Positions 18,880 through 32,028 of a stretch of DNA of 64,000 nt are shown here, piece after piece. The first letter of the stretch is position 1, and each line of letters starts with the position of its first letter. The notes under the pieces are model-generated. The model was given only the letters and a program-made list of their open reading frames with translations. It was not told where the DNA came from and ran no database searches. Source of the DNA: an uncultured Gemmatimonadaceae bacterium. GTDB taxonomy: Bacteria > Gemmatimonadota > Gemmatimonadetes > Gemmatimonadales > Gemmatimonadaceae. The DNA lies in NCBI GenBank assembly GCA_963822945.1, contig CAWGJO010000021.1, positions 64,001 to 128,000 on the forward strand. The letters are read 5' to 3'. Position numbers and translations under genes: made by a program.

Positions 18880-19695
18880 ATGGCCACAACCGCGCACCCG
18901 CGCACTCTCCTTGCCCGCACGCTCCTCGTCGCGATGGCGTTGGCGAGCGGCGCTTCCCCACTCGCCGCCCAGCAGCGCGCCGTGCTGCGGGGGCAGGTCT
19001 TCGACTCCGCCGGCACGCCGCTCGCGAACGTCGAGGTGACGCTCCACGAAGCGCAACGTGTGGCCCGCACCGGTCCCAACGGGGTGTTCGCGTTCCACGG
19101 CGTCGCCCCCGCACTCTACCACGTCACCCTTCGCCAACCCGGATACCGCGCCATTGCGGGCACGGCGCGCATCGCCGCCGGCGATTCGATCGACCTGCGT
19201 TTCTGGATGCGGCGCGCGGACGTGCAGCTCGACACCGTGCGCGTTTCGGAACCGGGCCTGGGCGATCCCTTGGCCGACTTCAAGCGGCGCATGGCCTCCG
19301 CCCCCGGCAGCTTCATCACCAGCGACCGGCTGGACGAACTGAAGGACTGGCACTTCTCGTCGGTGCTCCGGGCGGAAGCGCAGCGCGTACTGCTCGCGCC
19401 ACTGAGCACCGGCGGGTGGGCGGTGGCCAGTCAGGTGCCGTCGTCGTGCGTCGGCCGGTCGTGCGGATCGACGCCCGTGTGCTACCTGGCCGTCTGGGTG
19501 GACGGCATTCGCATCTATGCCCCCGGCGTCGGCGAGCCGCCCGACCTGAGTGCCTTCCGCACGGAAGACCTCGTGGGCGTCGAGGTCTACCCGGGCCCCG
19601 CGGACACGCCGCTCGAACTCAATGCCACCGGCTCGTCGTGCGGCACCATCGTGCTCTGGACGCGCATGGGAAAACGAGGAACCACGCGACGGTGA
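18880..19695 (+). CDS. Carboxypeptidase-regulatory-like domain + TonB-plug-like domain protein (no barrel)
   Basis: Signal peptide; LRGQVFDSAGTPLANVEV; C-terminal VWVDG...GVEVYPG...CGTIVLWTR. Confidence 0.78.
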   Translation: MATTAHPRTLLARTLLVAMALASGASPLAAQQRAVLRGQVFDSAGTPLANVEVTLHEAQRVARTGPNGVFAFHGVAPALYHVTLRQPGYRAIAGTARIAAGDSIDLRFWMRRADVQLDTVRVSEPGLGDPLADFKRRMASAPGSFITSDRLDELKDWHFSSVLRAEAQRVLLAPLSTGGWAVASQVPSSCVGRSCGSTPVCYLAVWVDGIRIYAPGVGEPPDLSAFRTEDLVGVEVYPGPADTPLELNATGSSCGTIVLWTRMGKRGTTRR

Positions 19696-19704
19696 CGCCG
19701 GCGG

Positions 19705-21228
19705 TCAGTTGATCATCGCGCGGTAGCGCAGCGCCTCGGCCACGTGGGCCGGCGTCACCTCCACCGCCTGGGCCAGATCGGCGATCGTTCGCGCCACCTT
19801 GATCACTCGATGGTAGCCGCGGGCCGACAGGCGCAACCCGTCGGCGGCGCTGGTGAGCATGGCGCGCGCCGCTCGTGTGAGCCCACCCTGCCGGTCGAGC
19901 CAGCGCCCGCTCCCCTGCGCGTTGCAGGTGACGTCGATGCGGGATGCGTACCGGACGCGCTGTACGGAGCGCGCCGCTTCCACGCGGGCCCGGATCGCCG
20001 CCGACGGCTCCTCCGCGTCGCGCGATGCTCCGCCGAACAGTTCGAGGGGGACGGCGCCCACGTTGACGTGCATATCGATGCGGTCGAGGAGCGGCCCCGA
20101 GAGACGGGCGCGATAGCGTTGGATCTCACTCTCCCCGCACACGCACGGCACTGCGCCGGACGATCCCGCATGCCCGCAGGGACAGGGATTCATGGCGCCC
20201 ACCAGCGTGAACCGCGCCGGGAAGCATACGGCGCGCGTCGCCCGCGCTATCACCACGCGGCCGTCTTCCATGGGCTGGCGCAGCGATTCCAGCACGTACC
20301 GCGGGAATTCGGGCATCTCGTCGAGAAACAACACGCCGTGGTGCGCCAGGCTCACCTCTCCGGGACGCGGCTGGCTCCCGCCGCCCACCAGCCCCGCCGT
20401 GCTGATCGTATGGTGCGGCGCCCGGAAGGGCCGCTCGGTGCGGAGCCCGCGTTCCCCGCCGGTAAGTCCCGCCACGGAGTGGATGGCCGTTACCTCCAGC
20501 GCCTCGTCGCCGGCCAGCGCGGGCAGAATGGACGGAAGCCGGCGGGCGAGCATGGTCTTTCCCGCCCCGGGTGCGCCGACCATCAGCACGTTGTGCCCGC
20601 CGGCCGCCGCGATCTCCAGTGCCCGCTTGGCGCTCGCCTGCCCCACCACGTCGGCGAAATCGGCGCCGTCGGGGGCGCCGGCCAATGCGCGGCTGATGGC
20701 GGGTGCGGGCAGCGTATCGGCCCGCAGCCATTCCACCAACTCGGCGAGCGACGTGGGCGCGCACACGCGCGTGCCCTCCACCAGCGTCGCTTCCGCGGCG
20801 TTGGCGCGCGGGAGAATCAGGGTCCGCCGCTCCCCCGAAGCCGCCAGCCGGCGCGCCACCGGCAGCACCCCGCGAACCGCGCGGATGCTGCCGTCGAGCC
20901 CCAATTCGCCGAGCAGGAGCACGCGCGCGCCGATCGACTCGGGCACGATGCCGAGCGCGGCGAGCAGTCCGATGGCGATCGGGAGGTCGAAGGCGGCGCC
21001 GGTCTTGTGCACGTCGGCGGGGGAGAGGCCGACGGTGATGCGCCGCGGCGGAAGCGTGAGCCCCGAGTTGGCGAGCGCGGCGATCACGCGCTCGCGTGCC
21101 TCCTTCACCGAACTGGAGGCCAGCCCCACGATGCTCCATTGCGGCAGTCCGGGCGACACGTCCACCTCGACGGTGACGTCGTACGCCTCGATGCCGAGCA
21201 CGGCGGCGGAACGGATGGCGGCCAGCAT
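19705..21228 (-). CDS. comM: YifB/ComM family Mg-chelatase-like AAA+ ATPase
   Basis: Lon-like N-domain (VKEARERV, FDLPIA); GAPGAGKT; PFRAPHHT; GEVSLAHHGVLFLDE; NPCPCG; SGPLLDRID. Confidence 0.93.
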   Translation of the reverse strand: MLAAIRSAAVLGIEAYDVTVEVDVSPGLPQWSIVGLASSSVKEARERVIAALANSGLTLPPRRITVGLSPADVHKTGAAFDLPIAIGLLAALGIVPESIGARVLLLGELGLDGSIRAVRGVLPVARRLAASGERRTLILPRANAAEATLVEGTRVCAPTSLAELVEWLRADTLPAPAISRALAGAPDGADFADVVGQASAKRALEIAAAGGHNVLMVGAPGAGKTMLARRLPSILPALAGDEALEVTAIHSVAGLTGGERGLRTERPFRAPHHTISTAGLVGGGSQPRPGEVSLAHHGVLFLDEMPEFPRYVLESLRQPMEDGRVVIARATRAVCFPARFTLVGAMNPCPCGHAGSSGAVPCVCGESEIQRYRARLSGPLLDRIDMHVNVGAVPLELFGGASRDAEEPSAAIRARVEAARSVQRVRYASRIDVTCNAQGSGRWLDRQGGLTRAARAMLTSAADGLRLSARGYHRVIKVARTIADLAQAVEVTPAHVAEALRYRAMIN

Positions 21229-21289
21229 GCCGGGAAGTTCGGCGGCCGAACTCCCAGCGCATCATCCGATCACGGCAGGCCGCGTCGAT

Positions 21290-21568
21290 TCAGCCCGCGG
21301 TCAGACGCTTGCGCACCTCGCGCGAACCGTTGGCGACGCCGAGCGCCACGCTGGCGCCGAACAGGATCGCCGTGCCCCCGCCCACCAACGGCAGCAGCCA
21401 CACCACCGGCGCGGCCACCAGTCCAGCGACGACGCCGGCGATGATCGGCGCCTTGATCGTATGCACGGCGTCTACGTACCGAAGACGGTTCTGCACGAAG
21501 CGTCGTGCCGTCAGGTAACCGAATACGGTGGCGGCCACGGTGGCCGCTAAGCCCAGGAATTGGAACAC
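21290..21568 (-). CDS. Small hypothetical membrane protein
   Basis: GTG 21568 after GGGGGA; three hydrophobic segments; ARRFVQNRLRYVD loop. Confidence 0.7.
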   Translation of the reverse strand: MFQFLGLAATVAATVFGYLTARRFVQNRLRYVDAVHTIKAPIIAGVVAGLVAAPVVWLLPLVGGGTAILFGASVALGVANGSREVRKRLTAG

Positions 21569-21614
21569 GGAATCCCCCTGTTGCGTTCTCCGTTCACCGT
21601 ACGTACCCGGCACC

Positions 21615-21630
21615 CGGCAGTTTCATTGCT
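21615..21630 (+). promoter_or_regulatory. Candidate sigma-54 (-24/-12) promoter
   Basis: CGGCAGTTTCATTGCT with exact GG-N10-GC spacing, intergenic and upstream of the 21768 gene. Confidence 0.45.
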
Positions 21631-21767
21631 TCTGCGGCGCGATCGGGAACACTAGTGTCCGTTCCCGCGGGCGGATAGTTTTTCGGAACGCCGATGGAGA
21701 CGACCCGCGGTTCGTGCTTCGCCGACGCCGCCCGATGCCCGCACCCTGCCATTCCCGGAGACGCTCG

Positions 21768-22085
21768 ATGTTCACCTTGCGCGTGGCCCGACATGACCGG
21801 CCGGACCAGGTGCTGGCCGAATGCCTGAGCCACGTGCTCCCCGCCTGCGGCGAGACCCTGTTCCTCGATACGCTCGACGCCGATGGGGTGCTTACCGGAC
21901 CCAGCACCTGTTGGCGCGTGGTGGCCGTCTCCCTGCACATCCCGTCCATCCGGTCGGCCCGTCGGCGGGACGGGCGCCAGCATCAGGTGGACCTGGTGGA
22001 CGTCAGCGTCCGCCCCGACACCGTCAACATCGCCGACCTTACCCAGGCGGCTCAGGAGCCACTCACTGAATCCCGCCGAATCTGA
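21768..22085 (+). CDS. Hypothetical protein
   Basis: ATG 21768 after GGAG; 105 codons; ends 12 nt before the kinase gene. Confidence 0.6.
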   Translation: MFTLRVARHDRPDQVLAECLSHVLPACGETLFLDTLDADGVLTGPSTCWRVVAVSLHIPSIRSARRRDGRQHQVDLVDVSVRPDTVNIADLTQAAQEPLTESRRI

Positions 22086-22097
22086 CGGGGGCCCGGC

Positions 22098-23870
<1,773 letters not shown>

Positions 23871-23888
23871 CGCACGAGGAGTAGCTCC

Positions 23889-25258
23889 ATGTCAATTGCC
23901 ACGATCAATCCCGCCACCGGCGAACGGGTGAAGACGTTCCCCGCGCACACCGCGGCGGACATCGAGGCCCGGCTGGCCCGGGCCGCCGCTGCTGCGCGTC
24001 TCTGGCGCGAGGCCCGAACCGCCGATCGCGCGCGTGTGGTCGCCGCGGCGGGAGATCTGCTCGACCGGGATCGCGACCGGTACGCACGCCTGATGACCCT
24101 CGAGATGGGCAAGCGCGTGAGCGCCGCCCGCGACGAGGCCGCCAAGTGCGCCAACACCTGCCGCTACTACGCCGAGCACGCCCACACGATGCTCGCCGCC
24201 AAGCACGTGGCCGCCGAGGGCGAGGACGCGCGGGTCGAATTCCATCCGCTGGGCGTCGTGCTGGCCGTCATGCCCTGGAACTTCCCGTTCTGGCAGGTGA
24301 TCCGGTTCGCCGCGCCGGCGCTGGTGGCGGGCAACGTCGGCCTGCTCAAGCACGCCAGCAACGTGCCGCAGTGCGCGCTCGCGCTCGAAGATCTGTTCAC
24401 GGCGGCCGGCGCGCCGCCCGGCGTGTTCCAGACGTTGCTCATTCCGGGCGCCGACGTCGAGCGCGTGCTCGCCGACCCCCGGGTGGCCGCGGGTCACGCT
24501 CACCGGCAGTGAGGGCGCCGGCTCGCAGGTGGCGCAGACCGCCGGCCGGCATCTCAAGAAGTCGGTGCTCGAGCTGGGGGGCAGCGACCCGTTTATCGTC
24601 ATGCCGAGCGCCGACATGGCAAAGGCCGTCGAGGTTGCGGTGCGCGCGCGCACCATCAACAACGGCCAGTCGTGCATCGCCGCCAAGCGGTTCATCGTCG
24701 CACGCAGACGTGGCCGCCGAGTTCACGGAACGCTTCGTGGACGCCATGCGATCGCTGGTCGTGGGCGACCCCATGGACGACGCCACGCAGGTGGGCCCCC
24801 TGTGCAGCGCCCAGGCACTGGTCGACCTGGAACAGCAGGTCAATCGATCGGTCGCCATGGGGGCGCGCGTGCTGTGCGGCGGAGCGCGCATCGACGGACC
24901 CGGCTTCTTCTTCCAGCCGACGGTGCTCACCGACATCCCGGCGGACTCCCCGGCGTTTACGGACGAACTCTTCGGCCCGGTGGCCTCGTTGTTCGTGGCC
25001 CGCGACTTCGACGAGGCCGTCCGGATCGCCAACGGCACGCGCTTCGGCCTCGGCGCCAGTGCCTGGACGCGCGATGGGACCGAGGCCAAGCGCTTCGCCC
25101 GCGAGTTGGACGCCGGCAGCGTGTTCGTCAACGCGATGGTCGCGTCGGACCCGCGCTTTCCCTTCGGCGGCGTGAAGGCGTCGGGCTACGGACGCGAACT
25201 CGGGGCGTTCGGCCTTCGTGAATTCGTGAACGTGAAGACGGTGCGCGTGCGGCTGTAG
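23889..25258 (+). pseudogene. NAD(P)-dependent succinate-semialdehyde dehydrogenase (Sad/GabD1-like) with two frameshifts, probably sequencing errors
   Basis: Pieces in three frames: MPWNFPFWQ/LLKHAS, then [24 protein letters not shown], then ELFGPV..PFGGVK. Extra bases near 24492 and 24700. Confidence 0.88.
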
Positions 25259-25259
25259 C

Positions 25260-28200
25260 TCACGCGGGGGCAGCGAGATCCGAACCACGGTGCCCTGCCC
25301 CTCCTGGCTCTCGATCGTGAGTGTGCCGCCCCACCCTTCGATGAGCTGCAGGCTGATCGCCAGCCCGAGCCCGCTGCCGCTCGTGCGCGTGGAGAAGTGC
25401 GGCTCGAACACCCGGGGCATGACGTCGGGCGAGATGCCGTGCCCGTCGTCGCGTACCTCGATGGACACCATGTCGCCCGGGCGCACCGTGGTGCCGATGG
25501 CATGCGCGCCGGCCAGGCGCGCGTTCTCGTAGATGTTGAGCAGCACCTCGCGCAGTTCGTCGCGCTGGGCCACCGCGACACAGGGGCCGTCGGGGGCGTC
25601 GAGCGGCCAATCGATGCCTTCCTCGCCCATGCGTTCGAGCCCGATGAGATCACGCACCACCGCCCCCACGTCGGTGGGCGCGGCGCCGGAGCGGGCGTTC
25701 GGCGCCGACCCGTAGCGGCTGAACGCGCGCGCGATCTCGTCCAGGTGGTCGATCTCGGCGAGGATCCGCTTCACGTTCTCGTCCAGCACGCGATCGAAGT
25801 CCACGCGTTTGTCGGCGCGCGCCCGCTGCAGATGCTGCACCCCCAGCCGGATCGGCGTGAGCGGATTCTTGATCTCGTGCGCCACCTGGCGCGCCATCTC
25901 GCCCCACGCCAGCACGCGCTCGGCGTGCGCCGTGGCGGCGCGGCTCGCTTCGAGATCGGTGGCCATGCGCCGGAAGGCCGCGAACACCGGACGGAATTCC
26001 ACGGTCGAATTGTCTTCCAGCGTCGGGGCGCGCCCGCCGGCCGCCAGCGCGAGCGCGGCCTGGCGCAGCGAGCGGATGGGACCGGCGAGCCCGCGCGCCA
26101 CGAGCCCGCTCAGCCAGAAGGCGGCCAGTGCGCCGGCCACCGTGGTGAACAGCACCAGGATCCCCAGGTCGCGCCGGCGCCGTTCCAGCGCCAGATCGTC
26201 GGCCCGCGCGGGCGCCGCCAGCACCACCGGGCCCTGCGGGTCGTCCACCGCCCGGAACCCGAACAGCGCATGCGAAGAGCCGAAATGCTCGTCGTGGCTC
26301 TGCGCCACCTCGTCGTGCACCACCAGGGCCAGCGCCATGTCGGGGGGCAGGAAGCGCCCCGTCGGCGCGAGAGACGCCAGCAGGGAATCGCTGGCCGCCG
26401 ACAACTCGCCGTTGCTGTAGAGAAACAGCGGCGCGTCGAGCCGGCGACTCTCGCTCGACAACCATGCCTGGCTGCCCATGACCGGCGCCACGGCCCGCAG
26501 GGTTTCGCCCACGAGCAGCTCGCGGCTCTGCATCGCATCGGCGGCCAACTGCTGATACGACCACGCGGCGAACGCCACGGCCGGGATCATGAAGAACCCG
26601 AACAGCGCGAGCGTCACCTGCGTGCGGTAGCTGCGGCGCCAGCGCCGCTGCCGCTCCCGCAGCCAGCGCCCCACCGCGCCGTCCGCCATCACACTCATCA
26701 GCCAGAGCACACCCACGATCGCCAGGTCGAACAGCACCACGAGCGACCCGCGCTGGACGAGCGCATCCACCGAGCGCAGTTCCACCTCCAGGTGCACCCG
26801 CGACGGTCCAAGCCCGCCGCGTGCCACCCAGTCGCCGTGCAGGGCCGTGCCCTCCCGGCGCCAGTCGATGGTGGGCTCGCCGGGGGGCGGATGCAGCGGC
26901 GCCTCCGCCAACTGCAGTACGTACGGCGGTTCCGCCTCGGGCGGCTGATCGATGCCGAGCAGCTTGGCGAACGGATCGGCCGCCACGAGGCGCGTCCGCG
27001 ATGCGGCCACCACGACGACCACGGCGTCGCCCACCGGGATGCCGACCCCGAACTGCACCGCGGGCTGGGCGATGATCGGATACTCCACCGTACTGTCCAT
27101 CGCCCGGGCCTGCGCCGCGATGGCGCGGACCTGCGAGATCGGGACGTCCATCGCCGACGCGCGGAGCACCGCCGCCGGTGTGGAGTCATTCGTCCAGATC
27201 GACAGCCAGACCGGGAACCCGGCCGGGGCGAGCGACGACGTGGCGTACGCCCGCAACAGCCATTCGCGGGACACCTGGGGGGGCCCCGACGCGCGCACCG
27301 CCGCCGCGAACCGTTCCACGAGCTTGACGACGAGCGGATCGTTCTGCGAGAGCCCGCGCACGTCGCTCTCCGCCAGCGCCATCCGACCGCGCGTCGTGGC
27401 CCCCCACACCAGCGTCGTGGCTCCCAGCGCCGCCACCGCCGCCACGCTGGATACGATGGCCCGCGACCGTCGCGAGAGCGCCAGCGTCCCGATCGCGATG
27501 ATCCAGGGGATGGGATACCACCAGGGCCATCGTCCGTTGGCCTGCAACGTCAGGGGCGCCAGCAGCGCGGCGACCGCGGCCAGCACGGGCCCCACCCAGG
27601 CGGGCAACCCGCGCGTCGGCCCCAACGCCGCGCTCCCGGCCGTCGCACCGGCGAGCAACACCGCGCACCCGGCCAGAAAGATCGGCACCTCCCAGATCAG
27701 CCAGAGCGACGCATTCACGCCGTAGATGGGGATCGAAATTCCGCGGGCCAGATCCCGGAGCAGAAAGGGCCCCAGCCCGGCGATCACCAGAACGGCAAGC
27801 GCCCACCACCCGCGCGGCCGGTCGCGCGCGAGCCGGCGCACCGCCGCCATCAGCGCCAGCAGGGTGAGCACCCCGGTGATCATCAAGGCGCCGGCATTGG
27901 CCGTGAGCGCTCCCCCGATCGGCGTGAAGTAGAGGGATGCGTTGAACAACCGGGAATAGTTCGAGAACGCGCTGAGGGGCACGTACGCGGTGCAGACCAG
28001 CGCCGCAGCCACGGTGGCCAGCCGCCACCGGAACTTCCGGCCCACGCGCCAGGCCGCAATCAAGAAGCAGCCCAGCGACAGGGCGAGCGCCAGCGCCACC
28101 TCCAGCTGCGCGCTCTGCAGCGACTCGAGGCGCACCGCGGCTTCGGTGAGCGGCGCCGGCCGCACGTAAGTGAGCAGCGCGCCGCCCACGCGCAGCCCGT

Positions 28201-28930
28201 GCCACTCCGATGCGGTGGCCACCGGGCGGACCGCCGCGAACTCGAAGCCCGGAATGCCCACGATGTCGGCGATCTCTCCGGCAATCGGATGCGTGAGACG
28301 GTCGGCGGGCGGCGTGGCATCCAACAGTTGCGTCACCACCACACGTCGCTGCCCGCGCGTGGCCACCGTGAACAGACTGGTGTAGAAGTCGCTCCGCGCA
28401 ATGCCGATGGAAGCGTGGAGCGTGTCCGTGGGCACGTGCACCCGCCCCGACCAGGCCAACGGTTCGCCATTCTCGTAGAGCACCATGCCCACGTCACCGC
28501 TCGGCTGGACCAGCCCCTCGAGCGCGTGAAATGCCGCCGCGGTGTCCTCCGGGACCAACAGCGCGCGGTCCGCGTCGTCGCGCATCTGCGTCTCCGCCTC
28601 GTCCACCCGGCGCTGAAGCGTCGCCAAGGCATCGGCCCGGAGCGACGACCGGATCTCGATCCAGTGCTGGTCGATGCGTGCCAGCTTCCATTGGGAGAAC
28701 CCGGCCAGCAGCACGAGAATGCCCAGGCCGGAGGTCGAGAGCGTGGCCCAGAACCGACCGCGCGGCCCCACGGCCCGGAGCCCCGCCGCCGCGAGTACGG
28801 TGGCGACGATCGCCGCCACGAGATACTCTACGCTCGTCCCGTTCAGCCACTGGCTGGCGGCCAGCAGCGCCAGCGCGGCGGCCACCGGCCACCAGGCCGC
28901 ACGCAGCCGTTCAGTGCGCACGCCGGCCAT
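25260..28930 (-). CDS. Very large multi-TM sensor histidine kinase (NtrY-like HAMP-HisKA-HATPase C-terminus)
   Basis: AWGEMARQVAHEIKNPLTP H-box; NIYENA; DDGHG; FEPHFST; GSGLGL. As sequenced it reads through to 24692; the real stop is probably 25260 or 25186 (indel in the G5 run). Confidence 0.85.
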
Positions 28931-28946
28931 CGCTCACTCTCGATTC

Positions 28947-29690
28947 ATGGCTTCGAACCACTCCGCCGGACCACGCCCCAAACGGCTCAAGGAGATGCGC
29001 CCGGCCGAAGTCGCCGCCACGTTGGCCGCCGACCCGCGACTCATCCTGCCGATCGGAACCTGCGAACAGCACGGTCCGCATCTCCCCATGGGCGGCGACA
29101 CACTGGTCGTCGAGCGACTGGCCGACGATCTGTCGGCCGAGTTCCACGTCCTCCGTGCGCCGACGGTGGAATACGGCGTCAACGTGGCCACCGACCGCAC
29201 CTTTGCCGGCAATGCCGCGATCCGCCGGAAGACCCTGCACCGTATGCTCAACGACCTCGTCGACTCCTGGGAATCCGGCGGGGTGCGCGAGTTCATCCTC
29301 CTCACGGCCCACGACAGCGACTCCCACCTGGAGGCGTTGGAGAGCTTGATCACGTCCACCGCCAGGGTGCGGGCGGTCAACGTGTTCGGTCTGAACTTCC
29401 GCGATCTGCTGGAAGGGCAGATCGAGCCCATTCACGGGGACGAGGTGGATACGTCGCTCCTGCTGTACGTGGCGCCGCAGTGCGTGCAAATGTCGCTGGC
29501 ACAAGATTATATGCTGTCGGACGACGCCTTGCGACGGTACCGCCGCGGTTGGCTTCGCGTGCCGGCCGACAGTCCGGGCTCCATCGGCCGCCCCACTCTG
29601 GCGTCGGCGGAGAAAGGCAGGCTGATCTACGAACGCATCCGGGAACGCGTCGCGGAGCGCATATTCAAGACACCCGCACCGGCCTTCTGA
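28947..29690 (+). CDS. Creatininase / creatinine amidohydrolase family protein
   Basis: LPIGTCEQHGPHLPMGGDT motif; HGDEVDTS; ASAEKG; start ATG 28947. Confidence 0.88.
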   Translation: MASNHSAGPRPKRLKEMRPAEVAATLAADPRLILPIGTCEQHGPHLPMGGDTLVVERLADDLSAEFHVLRAPTVEYGVNVATDRTFAGNAAIRRKTLHRMLNDLVDSWESGGVREFILLTAHDSDSHLEALESLITSTARVRAVNVFGLNFRDLLEGQIEPIHGDEVDTSLLLYVAPQCVQMSLAQDYMLSDDALRRYRRGWLRVPADSPGSIGRPTLASAEKGRLIYERIRERVAERIFKTPAPAF

Positions 29691-29722
29691 ACATGCGCAT
29701 CCCTTCTGGGTACCCCTATCGT

Positions 29723-30412
29723 ATGAGACCGATCCAGCTCGGTACCGCGGTTGCTCTCGCGCTCACGACCGTTGCCGGCCACGCCTTCGCTCAGGAGACG
29801 ATGGTGGACGAGGGATCGCTCGTGATCACGCGGAACGGCACCCCGATCGGCCGGGAGGCCTACCGGATCGTGCGTGCCGCGGCGGGAGGCGGCCAGGCGT
29901 ACCGGGCCACGGCCACCGTGTCGTTCGATTCCGCGCGCGTCGCGCTCCGGCTGACCACGGACTCCGCCGGAGCCCCCCTCACGTACGAAGCCGAAGTGCG
30001 CGTGCACACCAGGCGCGTCGCCCACGTCGATGGCAGCGGCCGTCCCGGACGGTTCAGTACGCTGACCAAGACGCCGCACGGTGAATCCGCCCGCGATTAC
30101 GTCATGAGCGCGAATCCGCTCCTCCTCGACCCGCAGGCGTTCGACCCCTATTTCTTCGCGGTCCTGCCGCCCCTTCGTTCCCAGTTTTCCGTGGTCGATC
30201 CCCGCCTCGGTACACAAGCTACATTTCGGTTCGAGGAACGTGGGCAGGAGTCCATTCGCATCGGTCGCGGGACGGTGAACGCTCGGCACTTTGCGCTCAT
30301 CGCGGCGGACGGTGCCAGCCGGGACATCTGGGTGGACGCGCAGGGGCACCTGCTCCGCGTGGCCATTCCGGCCCAGGGCCTCGTCGCCCAGCGCGACGAA
30401 TTGCCGCGCTGA
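29723..30412 (+). CDS. Hypothetical secreted beta-rich protein
   Basis: Signal peptide MRPIQLGTAVALALTTVAGHAFA-Q; RDIWVDAQGHLLRV C-terminal motif. This is the real 3' end of the spurious 1671-aa ORF. Confidence 0.75.
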   Translation: MRPIQLGTAVALALTTVAGHAFAQETMVDEGSLVITRNGTPIGREAYRIVRAAAGGGQAYRATATVSFDSARVALRLTTDSAGAPLTYEAEVRVHTRRVAHVDGSGRPGRFSTLTKTPHGESARDYVMSANPLLLDPQAFDPYFFAVLPPLRSQFSVVDPRLGTQATFRFEERGQESIRIGRGTVNARHFALIAADGASRDIWVDAQGHLLRVAIPAQGLVAQRDELPR

Positions 30413-30540
30413 CGCGACGGCATCGTCCGCGTTACCACCGCCGCAAGCGACGGCCGACCCGCAGACATATGCCGTCTTGAAACCGGGTTCGGCCGACCAC
30501 CGTACGACAGGCTGACCCCTTACCACAGGATCAGCTCTCC

Positions 30541-32013
30541 ATGCGTCTTTCGGTGTCTGCCGTGCTGCTCGCGCTCGTTGGCCAGGTTGCACTTGCCCAA
30601 GGGGGCGCATCACCCTCCGGGCCATCGCTGTCACTCGAGCAGGCAATCGCTCTCGCCCGCCAGACCAACCCCACATACCTGCAGACCGTCACCGGACGCC
30701 GCACCGCGGATGCCGCCGTGCGCTCGGCCTACGGGGCATTCCTGCCCACGGTCAGCTCGTCATTCAGCGCCGGGTATCAGCAGGCCGGGAGCCAGGTCTT
30801 CCAGGGGCTCACGTTCACGGGATCGTCCGACGCCATCACGTCCCACTACAGCCTCGGCGTCAACTACAGTCTGAGTGCCGCGTCGTTCATGAACCCCAAG
30901 CTGCAAAAGGCCAATCGTGACGCCACGGAAGCCGACATCACCGGGCAGGCGGAACTCCTCCGCGCCAACGTGACCTCGGCATACCTGGACGCGCTGGCCG
31001 CGCAGGCCAACGCGTCGCTCCAGGACACGCTGGTGATCACGGCGCAGGGCCAGCTCGATCTGGCGAAGGCCAAGATGCAGGTGGGTCAGGGCACGATCCT
31101 CGACGTGAACAGTGCCGAGGTCGCGCTCGGACAGGCCCAGATTGCCGCCCTCACCGCGCACAACAACGCCGACGTGGCGCTCGTGACGTTGTACCAGCAG
31201 ATCGGCGCGCCCGAGCCAGCCGGCGTCCAGCTCACGACCACGTTCAGCACCAACGTGCCGCCCCTCGCACTCGACTCGCTGCTCGTGCTGGCGCATGGCC
31301 GCAACCCGGCAATCGAAGCCCTGCGCGCCTCCCAGCACGCCGCGGCGATCGGGGTCCGCACGGCCGAGTCGCGCTACACGCCCACGCTCTCGCTGAGCAC
31401 CGGGTGGGGCGGCAATTCGTACGAGTACACGAATTCCGACTACCTCGTGGGACGCGCGCAGGCAAGCGCCATGAGCGCCTACGCCGGCTGCGTCCAGCAG
31501 GACTCCATCCGCACACGGGTCGGGCTGGCGTCGGCGGGGTGCCCGTCGCCGACGCTGACCCCCGGGCAGATCGACCAGATTCGCAGTTCGAACAACGTCT
31601 TCCCGTTCCGCTTCACGCGGTCACCGCTCTCCGTGAATGCCACGATCTCGCTGCCCATCTTCGACGGGTTCAACCGCGAGGAAAGCGTGCAGCAGGCCAT
31701 CGCGACCAAGGAGAACGCGGAATACCGGCTGAAGGCGCAGGAATTGCAGACGCGGACCCAGGTCACCCAGGCGTACCTGAATCTCCAGCTGGCCGGCAAG
31801 ACCATCGCCCTGCGCCAGCAGAACGCCGATAAGGCGCGCGAGGAATACCAGTTCGCGCAACAGCGGTATCGCGTGGGCCAGGCCACCTATCTCGACGTGA
31901 CCACGGCCCACGGGACGTTCGTGCAGGCGCAGGTCGATCGGCTCAATTCCATTTATGATTACCAGAAGGCGTTCGCCGCGCTCGAGAGCGCGGTCGGCCG
32001 CCCCCTCCGATAG
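30541..32013 (+). CDS. TolC family outer-membrane efflux protein
   Basis: Signal peptide; LSLEQAIALA..NP; SAYGAFLP; ISLPIFDGF; two-fold repeat architecture. Confidence 0.92.
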   Translation: MRLSVSAVLLALVGQVALAQGGASPSGPSLSLEQAIALARQTNPTYLQTVTGRRTADAAVRSAYGAFLPTVSSSFSAGYQQAGSQVFQGLTFTGSSDAITSHYSLGVNYSLSAASFMNPKLQKANRDATEADITGQAELLRANVTSAYLDALAAQANASLQDTLVITAQGQLDLAKAKMQVGQGTILDVNSAEVALGQAQIAALTAHNNADVALVTLYQQIGAPEPAGVQLTTTFSTNVPPLALDSLLVLAHGRNPAIEALRASQHAAAIGVRTAESRYTPTLSLSTGWGGNSYEYTNSDYLVGRAQASAMSAYAGCVQQDSIRTRVGLASAGCPSPTLTPGQIDQIRSSNNVFPFRFTRSPLSVNATISLPIFDGFNREESVQQAIATKENAEYRLKAQELQTRTQVTQAYLNLQLAGKTIALRQQNADKAREEYQFAQQRYRVGQATYLDVTTAHGTFVQAQVDRLNSIYDYQKAFAALESAVGRPLR

Positions 32014-32028
32014 CCCCCGGGGACATCC

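Noticed and set aside
24692..25259. 190-aa C-terminal extension of the histidine kinase
   Set aside because: Antisense to the dehydrogenase and begins at a homopolymer run; probably an indel
28947..29690. Mycofactocin MftE / RiPP cluster
   Set aside because: No radical SAM enzyme, RRE protein or precursor nearby
25397..29722. 1671-aa plus-strand ORF
   Set aside because: Antisense shadow of the histidine kinase plus an off-frame read of the creatininase; only 29723-30412 looks like a real gene
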